Shown piece after piece: positions 1 to 14,279 of a DNA stretch of 64,000 bases (the stretch's first letter is position 1; every line of letters begins with the position of its first letter). Origin of the DNA: Octopus vulgaris (Eukaryota); assembly GCA_951406725.2 (NCBI GenBank), contig OX597817.1:161882001-161946000 (forward strand), given 5' to 3'. The notes under the pieces were generated by a model. The model ran no database searches, had not been told where the DNA came from, and saw nothing but the letters and a program-made list of their open reading frames with translations. Position numbers and translations under genes: made by a program.

Positions 1-77
1 TATAAGCGCAAAGAAACCACACACACACATACACATACACACACGCACATATATAAATAGATGCTTGCGTGTGCGCA

Positions 78-472
<395 letters not shown>

Positions 473-747
473 TTTCTTCGCTGGCCAATCTGATTTCATT
501 TGTACATAATTACCAGAACGATGAATAACACCGCTAACGCCGAATGCAACAAGAACACTACGTGGTGAAAGCATGTTAACTTGACGTGCAGGGTTCAAAC
601 TCAACCGTGGGAATAGCTTGGCGAGGACACCCAGATACCTACCTCAATACATTCACTCATTGATGACACTTCCTCAGTCATACTTGTATGAGATATCGGT
701 GTATTTTGTCCAGAATTGAAATTAGTAAAAACCAATGACATTCCCAA

Positions 748-905
748 GATGTGTGGCTGTGTGGTAAAAAGGTTCCTTCTTAACCACATGGTTCCGGGTT
801 CAGTTCCACTGTGTAGATCTTGAACAAGTGTCTTTTACTATAGCTTTGGGCCGACCAAAACCTTGTGAGCGGATTTGGTAGACGGAAACTGAAAAAAACC
901 CCGTC

Positions 906-997
<92 letters not shown>

Positions 998-1315
998 GTG
1001 TGTGTGGCTTTGTTTTAGTGTACGTGCATGCCGTTATAGTGAAAAAAACTATAAGCGAGATTCGTGAGAGATAAATGATTTTACTTCTTCTGTGTGTGTG
1101 TGTGTGTGTGCAATTTTGTGTCTCCTACCACCGCTTGGCAGCTGGTGCTGATGTGTTTATATTCCCGTAAGCTGGTGGTTCGGTAAAAGCGATCGATAGA
1201 ATAAGCACTGGGCTAAAAAAAAGTATTGGGGTCGATTCATTCGACTAACATCCTGCAAAGCAGTGCTCCACCATGGCCGCAGTGTAATGACTGAGACAAG
1301 TAAAAGCTAAAAGAT
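748..1315 (+). mobile_element. tRNA-derived SINE, family A (diverged copy with internal (TG)n)
   Basis: Head TGGCTGTGTGGT...GGTTCAGTTCC (A/B-box-like), internal microsatellite, tail GTGCTCCACCATGGCCGCAGTG..GACTGAGACAAGTAAAA; homologous to the 1321 copy. Confidence 0.8.
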
Positions 1316-1320
1316 AATAT

Positions 1321-1483
1321 AGGTGTAGGAGTGGCTGTGTGGTAAGTAGCTTGCTTCCCAACCACATGGTCCTGGGTTCAATCCCACTGCGTGGTACCTT
1401 GGGCAAGTGTCTTCTACTATAGCCTCGGGCCGACCAAAGCCTTGTGAGTGGATTTGATAGACGGAAACTGAAAGAAGCCCATC

Positions 1484-1533
<50 letters not shown>

Positions 1534-1747
1534 AAGTGTCTGTTTTGTCTCCCCCCACCAACATCGCTTGACAACCGATGCTGGTCTGTTTACGTCCCCG
1601 TAACTTCGCGTTTCAGCAAAAGAGACCGAATGAATAAGTACCAGGCTTACGAAGAATAAGTCCTGGGATCGATTTGCTCGACTAAACGCGGTGCTCCAGC
1701 ATGGCCACAGTCACATGACTGAAACAAGTAAAAGAGTAAAAGAGAGT
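1321..1747 (+). mobile_element. tRNA-derived SINE, family A (full length, internal (TA)n)
   Basis: Pol III-like head GAGTGGCTGTGTGGTAAG...GGTTCAATCCC, CCTTGGGCAAGTGTC core-like motif, (TA)n, tail ...CAGCATGGCCACAGTCACATGACTGAAACAAGTAAAAGAG; more than 10 copies in the window. Confidence 0.9.
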
Positions 1748-2020
1748 ATAGCATTAGTACTGCTGTTGTAGTTGATGTTGCTACTTCTTCTGATGTTGTT
1801 GTTGTTGTTGTTATTGCTGTCTAGATGCCCCACAACCCACCAGGTTTCATGAACGACATTCCGCCATAACCACCACGCCTCTTATTTTCACTCGGTACAG
1901 TACCCACGAGACCACAATCTTTTCGAAAACGTAGAGTATGATTTGAGGGAAGATTGCCTACTAATTTTGGCTAATCGAGTTAACCCACAGAGGCTTCAAC
2001 TTCGGCTTGATTACTCAATA

Positions 2021-2091
<71 letters not shown>

Positions 2092-2249
2092 ATTTGTGTA
2101 CAAGAACATTCTGCACTGTGGAGTTTTGGGTTACCATCTGTAATTTCGCCCTCATGGAAATCCGAATAAATTTCAATGATTTTCTTAGCCAAAAAGGCAG
2201 CTTCTCGTCGTTTTAGCTAAGATCAAAAATATTGTAGACAATTTGAAAA

Positions 2250-3610
2250 GTATAATAACGATGCCATCAAAAAATAAAAGTATTTTTTAAAATATCAAAA
2301 AGTTCAACTAGAATATGGCTGAAAGATAACAGTTTACTCAAAAAAGTAGCGCTCAGCTTCCACCACGGCCGCGAGACAGCTTCGGAATCTGGTGCATGCG
2401 TTTCTCCTTTTGTCCCTGGGAAGATATTCGAACACCTCTTTGATCTTAGCAACCAACTCATCCTTAATTTTAAAAACAGAGTTTGTTGGTGTCTTTCTGA
2501 ACCGCGCCACATATATAGTAATTCACGGAATTAAAATTGGGGAATTAGGAGACCAGAAATTGGGGCTGTGGTATCATAGAAATTCTCTAACAACTACTTC
2601 TGACTCTGGGACAAACAAGGACAGACAAAGGGATTAAGTCGATTACATCGAGCCCAGTACGTAACGTAACTGGTACTTCATTTATCGATCCCGAAAGTAT
2701 GAAAGGCAAAGTCGACTTCGGCGGAATTTGAACTCAGAACGTAGCGGCAGAACGTGCTAACGTTTCTGCCAGTTCACTCCCCTATCCGTAGCGGCAGATG
2801 AAATACCTATTTCTTTACTACCCACAAGGGGCTACACACAGAGGGGACAAACAAGGACAGACAAAGGGATTAAGTCGATTACATCGACCCCAGTGTGTAA
2901 CTGGTACTTATTTAATCGACCCCGAAAGGATGAAAGGCAAAGCCGACCTCGGCGGTATTTGAAGTCAGAACGTAGCGACAGACGAAATACTGCTAAGCAT
3001 TACGCCCGGCATGCTAACCTTTCTGCCAGCTCGCAGCCGCCTGCTGTCACACTTATGGCCTTCCTGCAATAACCCTCCCCAGCCAGAGTTTGACCCGTTT
3101 CCAGTAGCTTCCCATAGCTGTCTGAATTGAGCCTAAGGCCCTCTTCAAAGATGTGAGGTGGCATGACGTCACACTCACTGAAAATACACCCAAAGACCAC
3201 CACAATTGGCTTCCATGATGTCCACGTCACGTTTTACAGCATTTACAGTGTTCACAGAGCATTGAGCAGCATTCGTGATGCTGGCATTATGATACTCAGC
3301 CCAAATCATCGTGATACAAGTAACTCTTTACCAATATTCAGATATGGCTTCCAGTCATCCATGTCAACTAACTTTTTCTCAACTACAACATTAATTTCTA
3401 TGCTCTCCAAACGCCGTTAACTGCTCACCGACACATCAAATTGTTCCTGAAGAAAGAAGACGTAAAAATTCGTCATATTTTGCCCGAACACCTTGAGCAC
3501 ACACACACACACATCCGAGCTCACAGGTGCAAAACAAAACACTCAGATATATCACGACTGCCTGATGATCGATTTCGTGAAACTTTGAGCAGTTTACTGA
3601 GTGAAATCTT
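2250..3610 (-). mobile_element. Degraded Tc1/mariner-superfamily transposase remnant, split by a SINE
   Basis: Minus-strand peptides VVVFGCIFSECDVMPPHIFEEGLRLNSDSY and WSPNSP...KDELVAKIKEVFEYLPRD..RNACTRFRSCLAAVVEAE resemble the Tc1/mariner DDD/E catalytic region and C-terminus; frameshifted. Confidence 0.75.
2607..3040 (-). mobile_element. SINE family B, tandem two-unit copy
   Basis: Reverse complement of GGCGGCGAGCTGGCAGAAACGTTAGCACGCCGGGC...GAGTTCAAATTCC...GCCTTTCATCCTTTCGGGGTCGAT...; body present twice. Confidence 0.9.
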
Positions 3611-3645
3611 GCTCTCTCTCTCCCCCTCTCATTCTCTCTCTCTCA

Positions 3646-3686
<41 letters not shown>

Positions 3687-3718
3687 ACACACTGTATATA
3701 CATATATGTGTGTGTGTT

Positions 3719-4075
<357 letters not shown>

Positions 4076-4192
4076 TATATATATACATATATGCATACAT
4101 ATATATTACACACAACACATACACTCACACACACACACTCATACACACACTCATACACACTCACACACACACACACATATAGATGCGAGCGT

Positions 4193-4251
4193 AGAAGAAG
4201 AAGAAGAAGAAGAAGAAGAAGAAGAAGAAGAAGAAGAAGAAGAAGAAGAAG

Positions 4252-4318
<67 letters not shown>

Positions 4319-4322
4319 AAGA
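4193..4322. repeat. (GAA)n/(GAAA)n microsatellite
   Basis: Direct reading. Confidence 0.97.
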
Positions 4323-5236
4323 AAATGGTGGGAAAGAGACGGGAAGGATGGAAGAAAGAAAAGTAGTGGGGAGGTGATGTCGAAGAGAGCTCCTTAATTA
4401 ATCGTCAGTTCCACCGCATCATTGCTCCATTCTTCCATAACCAGACGACCAGCGAACCAAACGAATCGTGCAAAGCAACGCTAGGAAGAATGAAAGCTTA
4501 AGAGAACCCTGGATTATACATAGAATTCTCCACATGAAAGAGTTTTGCTGACTGTAGGAGTGTTGCATGCTGGGAAGGGAAGGCGCCAACCAACAATTTC
4601 ATTCTCGTACGTTTTATTTATAAGGAAACAAACATCATGGCCGCGGATATATAAGAATCGATAGATTCCGTCTACAGGGAAAGGTTGAGGTTTAAGTCGC
4701 CGGTGAACGAACATGCACACGCACACACACACATACACAAACACACACTACACACACACACACATACACACAGACACTCTACGCAAACACACACGCTCAC
4801 ACACATACACTCTACACACACACTACACACACACACATACACACATAGGTACATACACACACACACACGCACACACACACGCACGCAAACACACACGCAC
4901 ACACACACACTCTCTCTCTCTCTCTACGCAAACACACACATACACACTCTACTCAAACACACACATAGACACCCATACACACACACGTATATAGACACAC
5001 TCACACGTACATATACACACTCACACACACACGCACACATTAGACACACATACACACAAGCATACGTAGATAAAGGGAGAGAGAGAGAGAGAGAGAGAAC
5101 ATTTCACATGCGCATAGACTCGCATGCATACACGCATTCTCATACTTAATCTGTGTTTGTACTTGTACTCGTGTGTGTGTGTGCGTGCGCGTGTCTGTGT
5201 GTTTCTTTGTGTGTGTGTGTGTGTGTGCGTGCGTGT

Positions 5237-5274
<38 letters not shown>

Positions 5275-5477
5275 GTGTGTGTTTATATGCGCGCACATGC
5301 GCACTCATACTCACTCAAGTGCACACGCGGTCCATTAACATATGTCGGCGAAGTTGTGTGGTTAAGAAGTTGAATTCGCATCCCGTGGTCCCGAGTTCAT
5401 TTCCACTCAACTGCACTGCATAATGGGTAAGTTCTTGTTTCTGTCGCCTCATATTGACCACTAGTTCGTTGTGTGTG

Positions 5478-5566
<89 letters not shown>

Positions 5567-5571
5567 CATTG

Positions 5572-5980
5572 AAGGCGACGAGCAGGCAGAATCGTTAGCA
5601 CGCTGGCGAAATGCTTAGAGGCATTTCGTCTGTCGCTACGTTCTGAGTTCAAATTCCGCCGAGGTCGACTTTGCCTTTCATCCTTTCAGAGTTGATTAAA
5701 TAAGTACCAGTTACGCACTGGGGTCGGTGTAATCGGCTTAATCCGTTTGTCTGTCCTTGTTTGTCTTCTCTGTGTTTAGCCCCTTGTGGGTAGTAAAGAA
5801 ATAGGTATTTCGTCTACCTTTACGTTCTGAGTTCAAATTTCACCGAGGTCGACTTTGCCTTTCATCCTTTCCGGGTCGATAAATTAAGTACCAGAGGAAC
5901 ATTGGGGTTTTGGGGGATGTAATCGGCTATCCCCCTCCCCCAAAATTTCAGGCTTTGTGCCTATAGTAGAAAGGTATATT
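5572..5980 (+). mobile_element. SINE family B with partially duplicated body
   Basis: Head AAGGCGACGAGCAGGCAGAATCGTTAGCACG, body repeated after AAAGAAATAGGTATTTCGTC. Confidence 0.88.
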
Positions 5981-5981
5981 A

Positions 5982-6200
5982 TTATATCTCCGCGTTAGCG
6001 ATGTCGGAGGTATGTTTTCAGTCTGTTTATTTGTCCGCGAACAAGATATCTCAAGAACCACTGGATGGATTCGGATGAAACTTTCAGGAATGTTTGACCC
6101 TGTGACTGGCACGAACTGATTAGATTTTGGGATCGATCCGATACCGGACATGGATTCTGGATAATTTTTCCGGGGTTTTTTTTACTTAATTTTTGAGAGC
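5982..6200 (+). mobile_element. Non-autonomous DNA element fragment (DINE/Helentron-like 5' end)
   Basis: ATCTCCGC...CGGAGGTATGTTTTC...CAAGATATCTCAAGAAC..GGATGGATT..GATGAAACTTTCAGGAA resembles widespread DINE/HINE-type ends; recalled similarity only. Confidence 0.4.
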
Positions 6201-6214
6201 GGTCTCAACGGTCT

Positions 6215-7500
6215 CAACCGTTATTTTCTCCTTCCTTATTTTTCTGTAGAATGTTCTCGCATTGCATGGGAACAGCTTATTTTGCTTGTAAAACTTATTT
6301 CTCTTCTCAAATCTTCGTATTCTTCGAACTTTTGCTTGGACCTTTTATTGCAGTGTTTCTTTTACTGAAAGTAGTTATTCTCTTGGAGAGAATATATGTT
6401 TTCTCTTCCTCTTTCTTCCTTTTCTAATTTTTACATCGTGTCCACAAATTAGTTCATTCAATATTGATATTTCACTTCTCATTATTTCAATCTCTTTTTC
6501 AATTTTACTTTTCCAGTTTAGAATTCTTCTCAGGTTTGTATTTCTTTGTTTTGTTTTGTTTTTGTTTTTTTCAGAGGCATACTACTGGCTTTAATTGTCT
6601 TAGCAGCTGCGTAAATAATTTCGTTTAATTCAGTGAGATCTGGTTTTAACTCTTGTATAATTTCTTTTGTTACACAGCTTCCAATTTTAATTTGTTTTCT
6701 ATTTTGGATTGTATTTGAGAGTTTATGAAGTGGTTCTCTATCAAGACTGTTAGCGTGTCTTACAACTGTAAGCTTATTCAGGATTTTCTGCTTCATTTCT
6801 ATCATAGACTTTCTATGTTTTTCAGTAAATATGTAGTCTTCAAATATTGCTTCTTTACCACTTTCCTCGCTATCTTTATCAGATTATTTACAATTTATTT
6901 TTCAGACGTTTGCTGCTCTGGTTAGATGGCAGTCTTTCAATTTAGACTCGTGGAAAGTTGCTCTCTTCGTCTGGTTCTTTATTTCCTTTCTGTCTTATAT
7001 TTAGGTCATTTTCCGCTGCGCGCTTGATCGCGGTTATTTCACTATTTGTAAGTCTTTTACTTCTGAAGATATCCCTCCTAACATTTGCTGGCTTGTTTTC
7101 GCTCAGATATAGTCTGCTGTCTTAATTCCGTGTTCTCCATACTTGATGAGAGTGTGCGGTGTGTTTCTCTTCAGATGGCCAGCCTAATGTATAGTAATAG
7201 TATAATATTACTTTTGTATACTCTTCTCGAGTCCATTTGATCCACTTGCAGTTTTTTTTTCTGTGGTGGGTTTGGTGGTAGACTTGGAGGGCTCGAATTG
7301 GAGCAGTTCCCATTCAAGTGACCATCCAGGTTCGTATTCAGAGAAGAGTCTGTGCCAGTGGATGACTTTTCGACCCCAGGCTGTCTCTCGCCGGGAGGAC
7401 GCGCTTCCAGATTAACCATAGGACAAGCGATTTAATGTACTGTTATAGTTTTCCTTAATGTTTCGTAAGACATATTTGTGCTACATTAAAATTATTAGTA
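6215..7500 (-). mobile_element. R4/Dong-clade LINE, degraded N-terminal region
   Basis: Peptides KWTREEYTKVILYYY...QVWRTRN and LTELNEIIYAAA resemble the N-terminus of R4/Dong ORFs; many stops. Confidence 0.6.
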
Positions 7501-7792
7501 TTGAGCCCTGTACTGTGGCAGATGTAGAGACGGTTGCTGTCTCTGCCACTATTGTCAACTCCGCCATTAATAACATTACAGATACTTTAACCTTGCCATT
7601 ACAACACTGTTCATCGTTAGTTACCACCAATAGTGCCTTGATCTGTTTCGTTGTGGCTAACCTTTGTAGCCACGGCGTCAGTATAACCGTTATTTAGCTA
7701 AGCCTACCATCTTTGTTCTTAATACTGTGTGATATTATTAAATGTTGTTTAGTTTGTTATCATCATCACCCTCATCATCATCATCATCATCA

Positions 7793-7839
<47 letters not shown>

Positions 7840-8135
7840 GAGTGAGAGAGCAGTGCATGCCATCAAAGTGACACTGGGGTAAAATATACGAAGCCCAATA
7901 TACCCATCATGACTACCCGTCTGATAAAGGTACACCAGGCACATGCACCACAACCATATGTGCACGACATGGTGATCTCATATCAAGATAAACAGCACAT
8001 GACCTTGCAGGTGGGGCCCAGTTAGAATTTTCTTCAGGTCGAGTAACCCATCCCGCTCAAACGGTCCCTGAATAAGGGTTGTTTAAGGATGTTGAAAGAA
8101 CCACCCATGTTTCCAGAGGTGAACTATTCAAACCC
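7840..8135 (-). mobile_element. Non-coding (TAA)n-embedded repeat, 3' part
   Basis: Overlaps in sequence with copies at 14995-15475, 49527-49825 and 61864-62030; flanked by (TTA)n. Confidence 0.8.
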
Positions 8136-8136
8136 C

Positions 8137-8200
<64 letters not shown>

Positions 8201-8231
8201 ATGATTATTATTATTATCATCATCATCATCA

Positions 8232-8540
<309 letters not shown>

Positions 8541-8629
8541 ACACTCTCCTTCTTCAATGGCTTCAGTCTTTTTATCTCTCACTTCAAACCACCACCACCA
8601 CCATCATCATCATCATTCCCATAGTCATC

Positions 8630-8700
<71 letters not shown>

Positions 8701-8738
8701 CATCATCATCATCATCATCGTCGTCGTCGTTGTCGTCG

Positions 8739-8784
<46 letters not shown>

Positions 8785-8799
8785 TATAAAACTGTTCAA

Positions 8800-9395
8800 C
8801 ATTTAGCAGAATGAGGCAATTTTGTTGCTGGAGTGTGTGCGGCATTGTGTGTTCTTCTTTGCTGTTGGGTGTGCGCAAACTCTTCCCGCTACTGTATTGT
8901 GCTGTCTTTTTTTTTTTTCCTTGGGGTTTGGTGCTGTCTTTTGTTGTTTTACTGCTTGTATTGTGTGTTGAGTGAGTAATGCTTTGGTTTTCTGGATTGC
9001 TGGTGGGAGTTTATTTCACTGGCTAAATGCTGTACAGAGTGTGTCTTGTATTTGTGGGTTGTTTTGTTTAGGTTGTATTATTGGATTGATAGTGTCTTGC
9101 ACAGGATGTGGACTGTTCCTGGTAGGGCTATTTTTTGGACAGTGTGTAGCGTTGAGGAAACAGCTTCTACATTTTTGTTCATATGATTTTTTTGTTATGT
9201 CCAATGCTCCAGTTATTACTGATATTGTTTTCACCTTCATGCCTCACATTTTAAATACTTCAATTCCGAGGTCTTTGTATTTTGACAATTTCTCCACTTC
9301 TCTTTTTGAAAATATTTTGATCAGAAGGGACTGCAATGTCCATCAATAATCAGATATTTATTCCTCAATCCTTGACCATTATGTCTGGGAAATTA
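8800..9395 (-). mobile_element. R4/Dong-clade LINE RLE endonuclease fragment and 3'UTR
   Basis: Minus peptides PDIMV..., KLSKYKDLGIEVFKM*GMKVKTISVITGALD. Confidence 0.7.
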
Positions 9396-9444
9396 TTATT
9401 ATTTTCATATACACACAACAGATGAGACTGTTGGAAAAGAAAAA

Positions 9445-10675
9445 AAAATCCTAACATCGGGCTACAACAAGTAACCTAAGATGCCAAGAACCCTCCTTAG
9501 TATCCTTGTTGTTCCTAAAAACACTGTTTTCTGGAGCTGTACTAAACTGGGTTTCATGCCTATTTCTTCTATCCATCTGTTCAAATCTTTAGGGATAGTT
9601 TCCTAACGCACCTATAACTACTGGGATACATTTTACCCGCCCTTTCCATAGTCTCTGTAATTCAATGGTCAGGTTCTGGTTCTTTGCTATTTTTTCTATA
9701 CCTCTCATATTGATTCTTTTATCATTTGGGACTATAGAGCCAATTATCTGGCACCTTCTATTCTCTTCTATTTTCTTTGTCTACTACTACTAAATCAGGC
9801 CTTCTAACTTCTATTACTCTGTCAGTCTGAATGTTAAAGTCTCACAACATCTTGTATTTCTTACTTTCTAGTACTCTACTAGATTCATGTTCATACCATT
9901 TATCAGTATGGTTAAATCCTATCTTTCTAGTGGATTACTCTCCCTAGGTTGTCATGTCTTTTCTTGTATTCTTTCTGTACCAGCTTCCTACATTCACTAT
10001 ATGAATACCACTTTCCTCTTTTGATTTGCATAACTTGCATTGGGAATCTACTTGGTTTTTCTTTATCTATCATGACTTGTATCCAATTAGTCCTTAATGC
10101 TTGATCTTGTGCTGCTACTAACAAACTTTCTGTCTCTCTTTTCAGCCTTCCTTTCTGCAACCATAACCATGCCTCACTACTATTTGCTGCAACTATTTTT
10201 GGGAACCTACCATTGAAAGCCTTCTCCTGCCAGTCATATAACTTTTGTTCTTTTTTCTGATTTTTAACTTCATTTTTGTTTGGTTTCCCCATCTCTTACT
10301 GTGACTCTAGTAGCTCTTAATAAACTTTCTTCATTATTACCTACACAGGAGTCTATGTCTATTCTAGCTAACCATGCAGTCTTCTATTGATATTAGCTAT
10401 CTTCTTTTCTATGTAAGTATAATCTTGCTACTCCTGCCCTTGGGTGGAGTTCTCCATTCATATTGAATTCCTTCCTAATTCTTTTGTCTAGCTTTGCTAA
10501 TTCAGGTTTTGTCCAATCTACAAAAGTTGCTGGGTATCGAAGTAAAGATACTGTCCAAGATAACGCCTTCACTAGATTTGGATCATTTAGCTTTGATTTC
10601 ATTTTAGCTTTGATCATTTAGCTTCCTTGCCCTTCTGATATACTCCTTCATATCTATCGAATTTTAACCTGTCAT
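9445..10675 (-). mobile_element. R4/Dong-clade LINE: RT C-terminus, zinc knuckle, RLE, 3' end
   Basis: KALSWTVSLLRY...LHPRAGVARLYL; ETESLLVAAQDQALRTN; SECRKLVQKEYKKRHD; LQKTVFLGTTRILRRVL. Confidence 0.85.
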
Positions 10676-10684
10676 ATCTATAGA

Positions 10685-11640
10685 ATATTCTTTCTTCCTT
10701 ATCGCATACCTTGTTGTCAGCTGGGCATGCTATATCTATGATCCAGCATCGTTTGCTTTCTTTCTCTGTTTAACACAATGACTGGCTTCCTATTCTCCAT
10801 TTCATGGTCGCACTGAATCATAAAACCCCATAGGATCTTTGCGTTATCATTTTCGATAATGCCTTCGGGTTTATGTTCGTACCATTTTTTGCTCTGTCAA
10901 GTCTATACTTGTTGCAGAGTGTCCAATGGACAATCCTTACTATATTGTCATGATGTCTCTTATATTATTTCTGGGCTAGTGGCATACATTGACTGGTAAT
11001 ATGCCATACGGTTTCACCGTTTTGTCCACAGATTCTGCACTTAGCACTTTCTGATGTGTTGTCTGTTCTGTATTTGATGTAATTCGCTCTTAGAACTTGC
11101 TCTTAGGCAGCACAGATTAGAGCCCCCGTTTTCCAGTTTTAAATCACTTTTAGTCATCCATAGCCATCTTTCTTCTCTGTCTGTCTAATCTTCAGCATGC
11201 CTGTGGAATTGACCATGCATTCTTTTCTTTATCCACCTATTTTCAGTTTCATTCATTCTCAAGTGCTTGTACAGTGCTTTATCTTAGCAATCTTCCATCC
11301 TACACAAGTCTGACCTTCTTATTTCCAATAATAGTGGTTCTGTGGCACTTTTTACATACCATGCTATGTTGTTTTCTTCTGCTCTAGTGCTGTGTTCGCA
11401 TCCAATCAGTCCTCTTCTCCCTTTGTACATGCAGTCTGTCTGTGTCACTTTTTGGGTGGAGTATCCCATATCTAGCCAGCATCTTCCTTGTCTTTCTATC
11501 TAAGCTGTTTAGTTCGTCTACTGTCCATGCGATTACCCCTGCTCCAAATCTAAGGAGTGAAACCGCCCAGGTGTTGATAGCTTCAATCTTATTCTCACCA
11601 TTTAATTTCGAAGCTTCGTAGTCTTTCATCTTTCATCTTT
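10685..11640 (-). mobile_element. Second R4/Dong-clade LINE fragment (RT C-terminus to RLE)
   Basis: SKLNGENKIEAINTWAVSLLRFGAGVIAWTVDELNSLDRKTRKML...LHPKSDTDRL; abuts (TAA)n at 11642-11709. Confidence 0.85.
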
Positions 11641-11641
11641 C

Positions 11642-11709
<68 letters not shown>

Positions 11710-11710
<1 letters not shown>

Positions 11711-12165
11711 GGCGACGAGCTGGCAGGATCGTTGGGACGCTGGACAAAATGCTTAGCGGTATCTCGTCCGACGCCACGTTCTGAGTTCGAATTCCGCTGA
11801 GGTCGACTTTGCCTTTCATCCTTTCGGGGGTGTCGATGAAATAAATACCAGTTTCGCATTGGGGTCGATGTAATCGACTTATCCCCTTCCCAAAAATTTC
11901 AGTCCTTGTGCTTATAGAAGAAAGGATCATTACTATCATTATCAACGAAGGCGACGATCTGGCAGAGTCGTTAGCACGCCGCGCAGAAGGCTTAGCAGCA
12001 TTTCGTCCGTCTTCAAGTTCTGAGTTCAAATTCCGCCGAGGTTGACTTCACCCTTTATCTTACAGGGTCAATAAATTAAGTACCAGTGAAGCACTGAGAT
12101 CGATGTGATTGGCTTAACCCCTCCTCATAAATTTTAGGCCTAATGCCTATAGTAGAAAGGACTAT
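11710..12165 (+). mobile_element. Two adjacent SINE family B-type copies (short-tail variant)
   Basis: Heads at 11710 and 11948; tails end AGTAGAAAGG-like into (TAT)n. Confidence 0.85.
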
Positions 12166-12378
12166 TATTATTATTATTATTATTGTTTTATATTAACCAA
12201 TCTTTCGAATGGTTCGAATAACGAATTAGTCAATGCGTAGTTAATCTCTTTGTCAAAGCAAAAATACCTCCGAAGAACTCAAGTGTATGCGGTTAAATAG
12301 AAAAGAAAAAGAACAGAAAAAGAAAACTGAGACAGGAATACGTTATACATATACGTACGTACATGGAGAGGCATGCTC

Positions 12379-12885
12379 ACATACATACATACATACATAC
12401 ATACATACATACATACATACATACATACATACATACATGCATGCATGCATACATACATACATACATACATACATACATACATACATACATACATACATGC
12501 ATGCATGCATACATAGATACATACATATATGCATACATATATACATACATACATACATACATGCATGCATGCATACATAGATACATACATACATACATAC
12601 ATACATGCATGCATGCATGCATACATACATACATACATACATACATACATACATACATGCATGCATACATACATACATACATGCATGCATGCATGCATGC
12701 ATACATAGATACATACATATATGCATACATCCATACATATATACATAGATACATACATATATGCATACATACATACATACATACATACATACATACATAC
12801 ATACATACATACATACATACATACATGCATGCATGCATACATAGATACATACATATATGCATACATACATACATATATACAGACA
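12379..12885. repeat. Compound (CATA)n/(CATG)n tetranucleotide microsatellite
   Basis: Direct reading. Confidence 0.97.
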
Positions 12886-13002
12886 TACAGACACTCAGCC
12901 AAGCAGATAGGCAAATAGACTGAGAAAATATACAAATGCGTATATATTTATATATATATACACACACACACACACATTTATATATAGGATTAATGGCATG
13001 CA

Positions 13003-13055
<53 letters not shown>

Positions 13056-13154
13056 TTATAGATACACACATTCGTACGTACATTATACATACATACACGC
13101 ATGTATATATTCAAATACAAATGCATATATATATAAATATACATGCACATATAG

Positions 13155-13240
<86 letters not shown>

Positions 13241-13299
13241 ATGCTTATGCATATCTATCTGTTTGCACACATACTGATATGCACGGGCACACACACACA

Positions 13300-13381
<82 letters not shown>

Positions 13382-14062
13382 TACACACATCTCTCCTCTC
13401 TTGCTTCTCTGTGCCTTTCTTACATTCTGTTTGTTTCCATTACTATTCTCCAGTTTCTCTATTTCTCTACCGCCACCATTTTATCAACCATCACACTTCC
13501 TTCTCCTTCCTTTACTGCCGCCTTATATTTCCTTCATCCCACTCCCTCTCTTCCACACACCCTTCCTTTCTCTGTCCCCCCTCTCTCTCTCTATCTCTCC
13601 TCCTCACTCTACACCTCCCGTTCCCTCTCGTCTGCTTTCTTTGGTGTCCGTGCATATTCTAACATCGCTTCAAGTCCAGCTGTGGCGATGACTACGCCAC
13701 GCTACACCAACACTTGCACCAATACCAACACTAATTCTTGCTGCAGCAGCATGCACAACAACAACAAAAACACTAACAGCAGCTAGTGTCACCGAATTTG
13801 CAAGACTTACGGCCATTCTAACCAATAGATTTGATAGAAGAAAAGCGTAATTGGACGGGATATGGCTGGGAGGTAGTTGCACACCAAGCATACCTCTCTA
13901 GCATCCAATACATTTTCTCTTCCTCTATATATTTAACACTGTGTTGCATTTTGAAATATAATTTTAAACACTTCATTTTTCTTTTCCAAGTCGGTGTCCA
14001 TTTCATTTAATATTTGGGTACTGATTTCAAATCAACGCTTAGAATTTACGCATCACGCCAAG

Positions 14063-14152
<90 letters not shown>

Positions 14153-14186
14153 ATTATTATTGTTGTTATTATTATTATTATTATTA

Positions 14187-14244
<58 letters not shown>

Positions 14245-14279
14245 CTTTATTTTTATTTTTTTTTTACAGAAAACTGTTT

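Noticed and set aside
13805-13845. 7-nt microexon (minus: ttag|AATGGCC|gtaagt)
   Set aside because: Such motifs arise easily by chance; no host gene identified.
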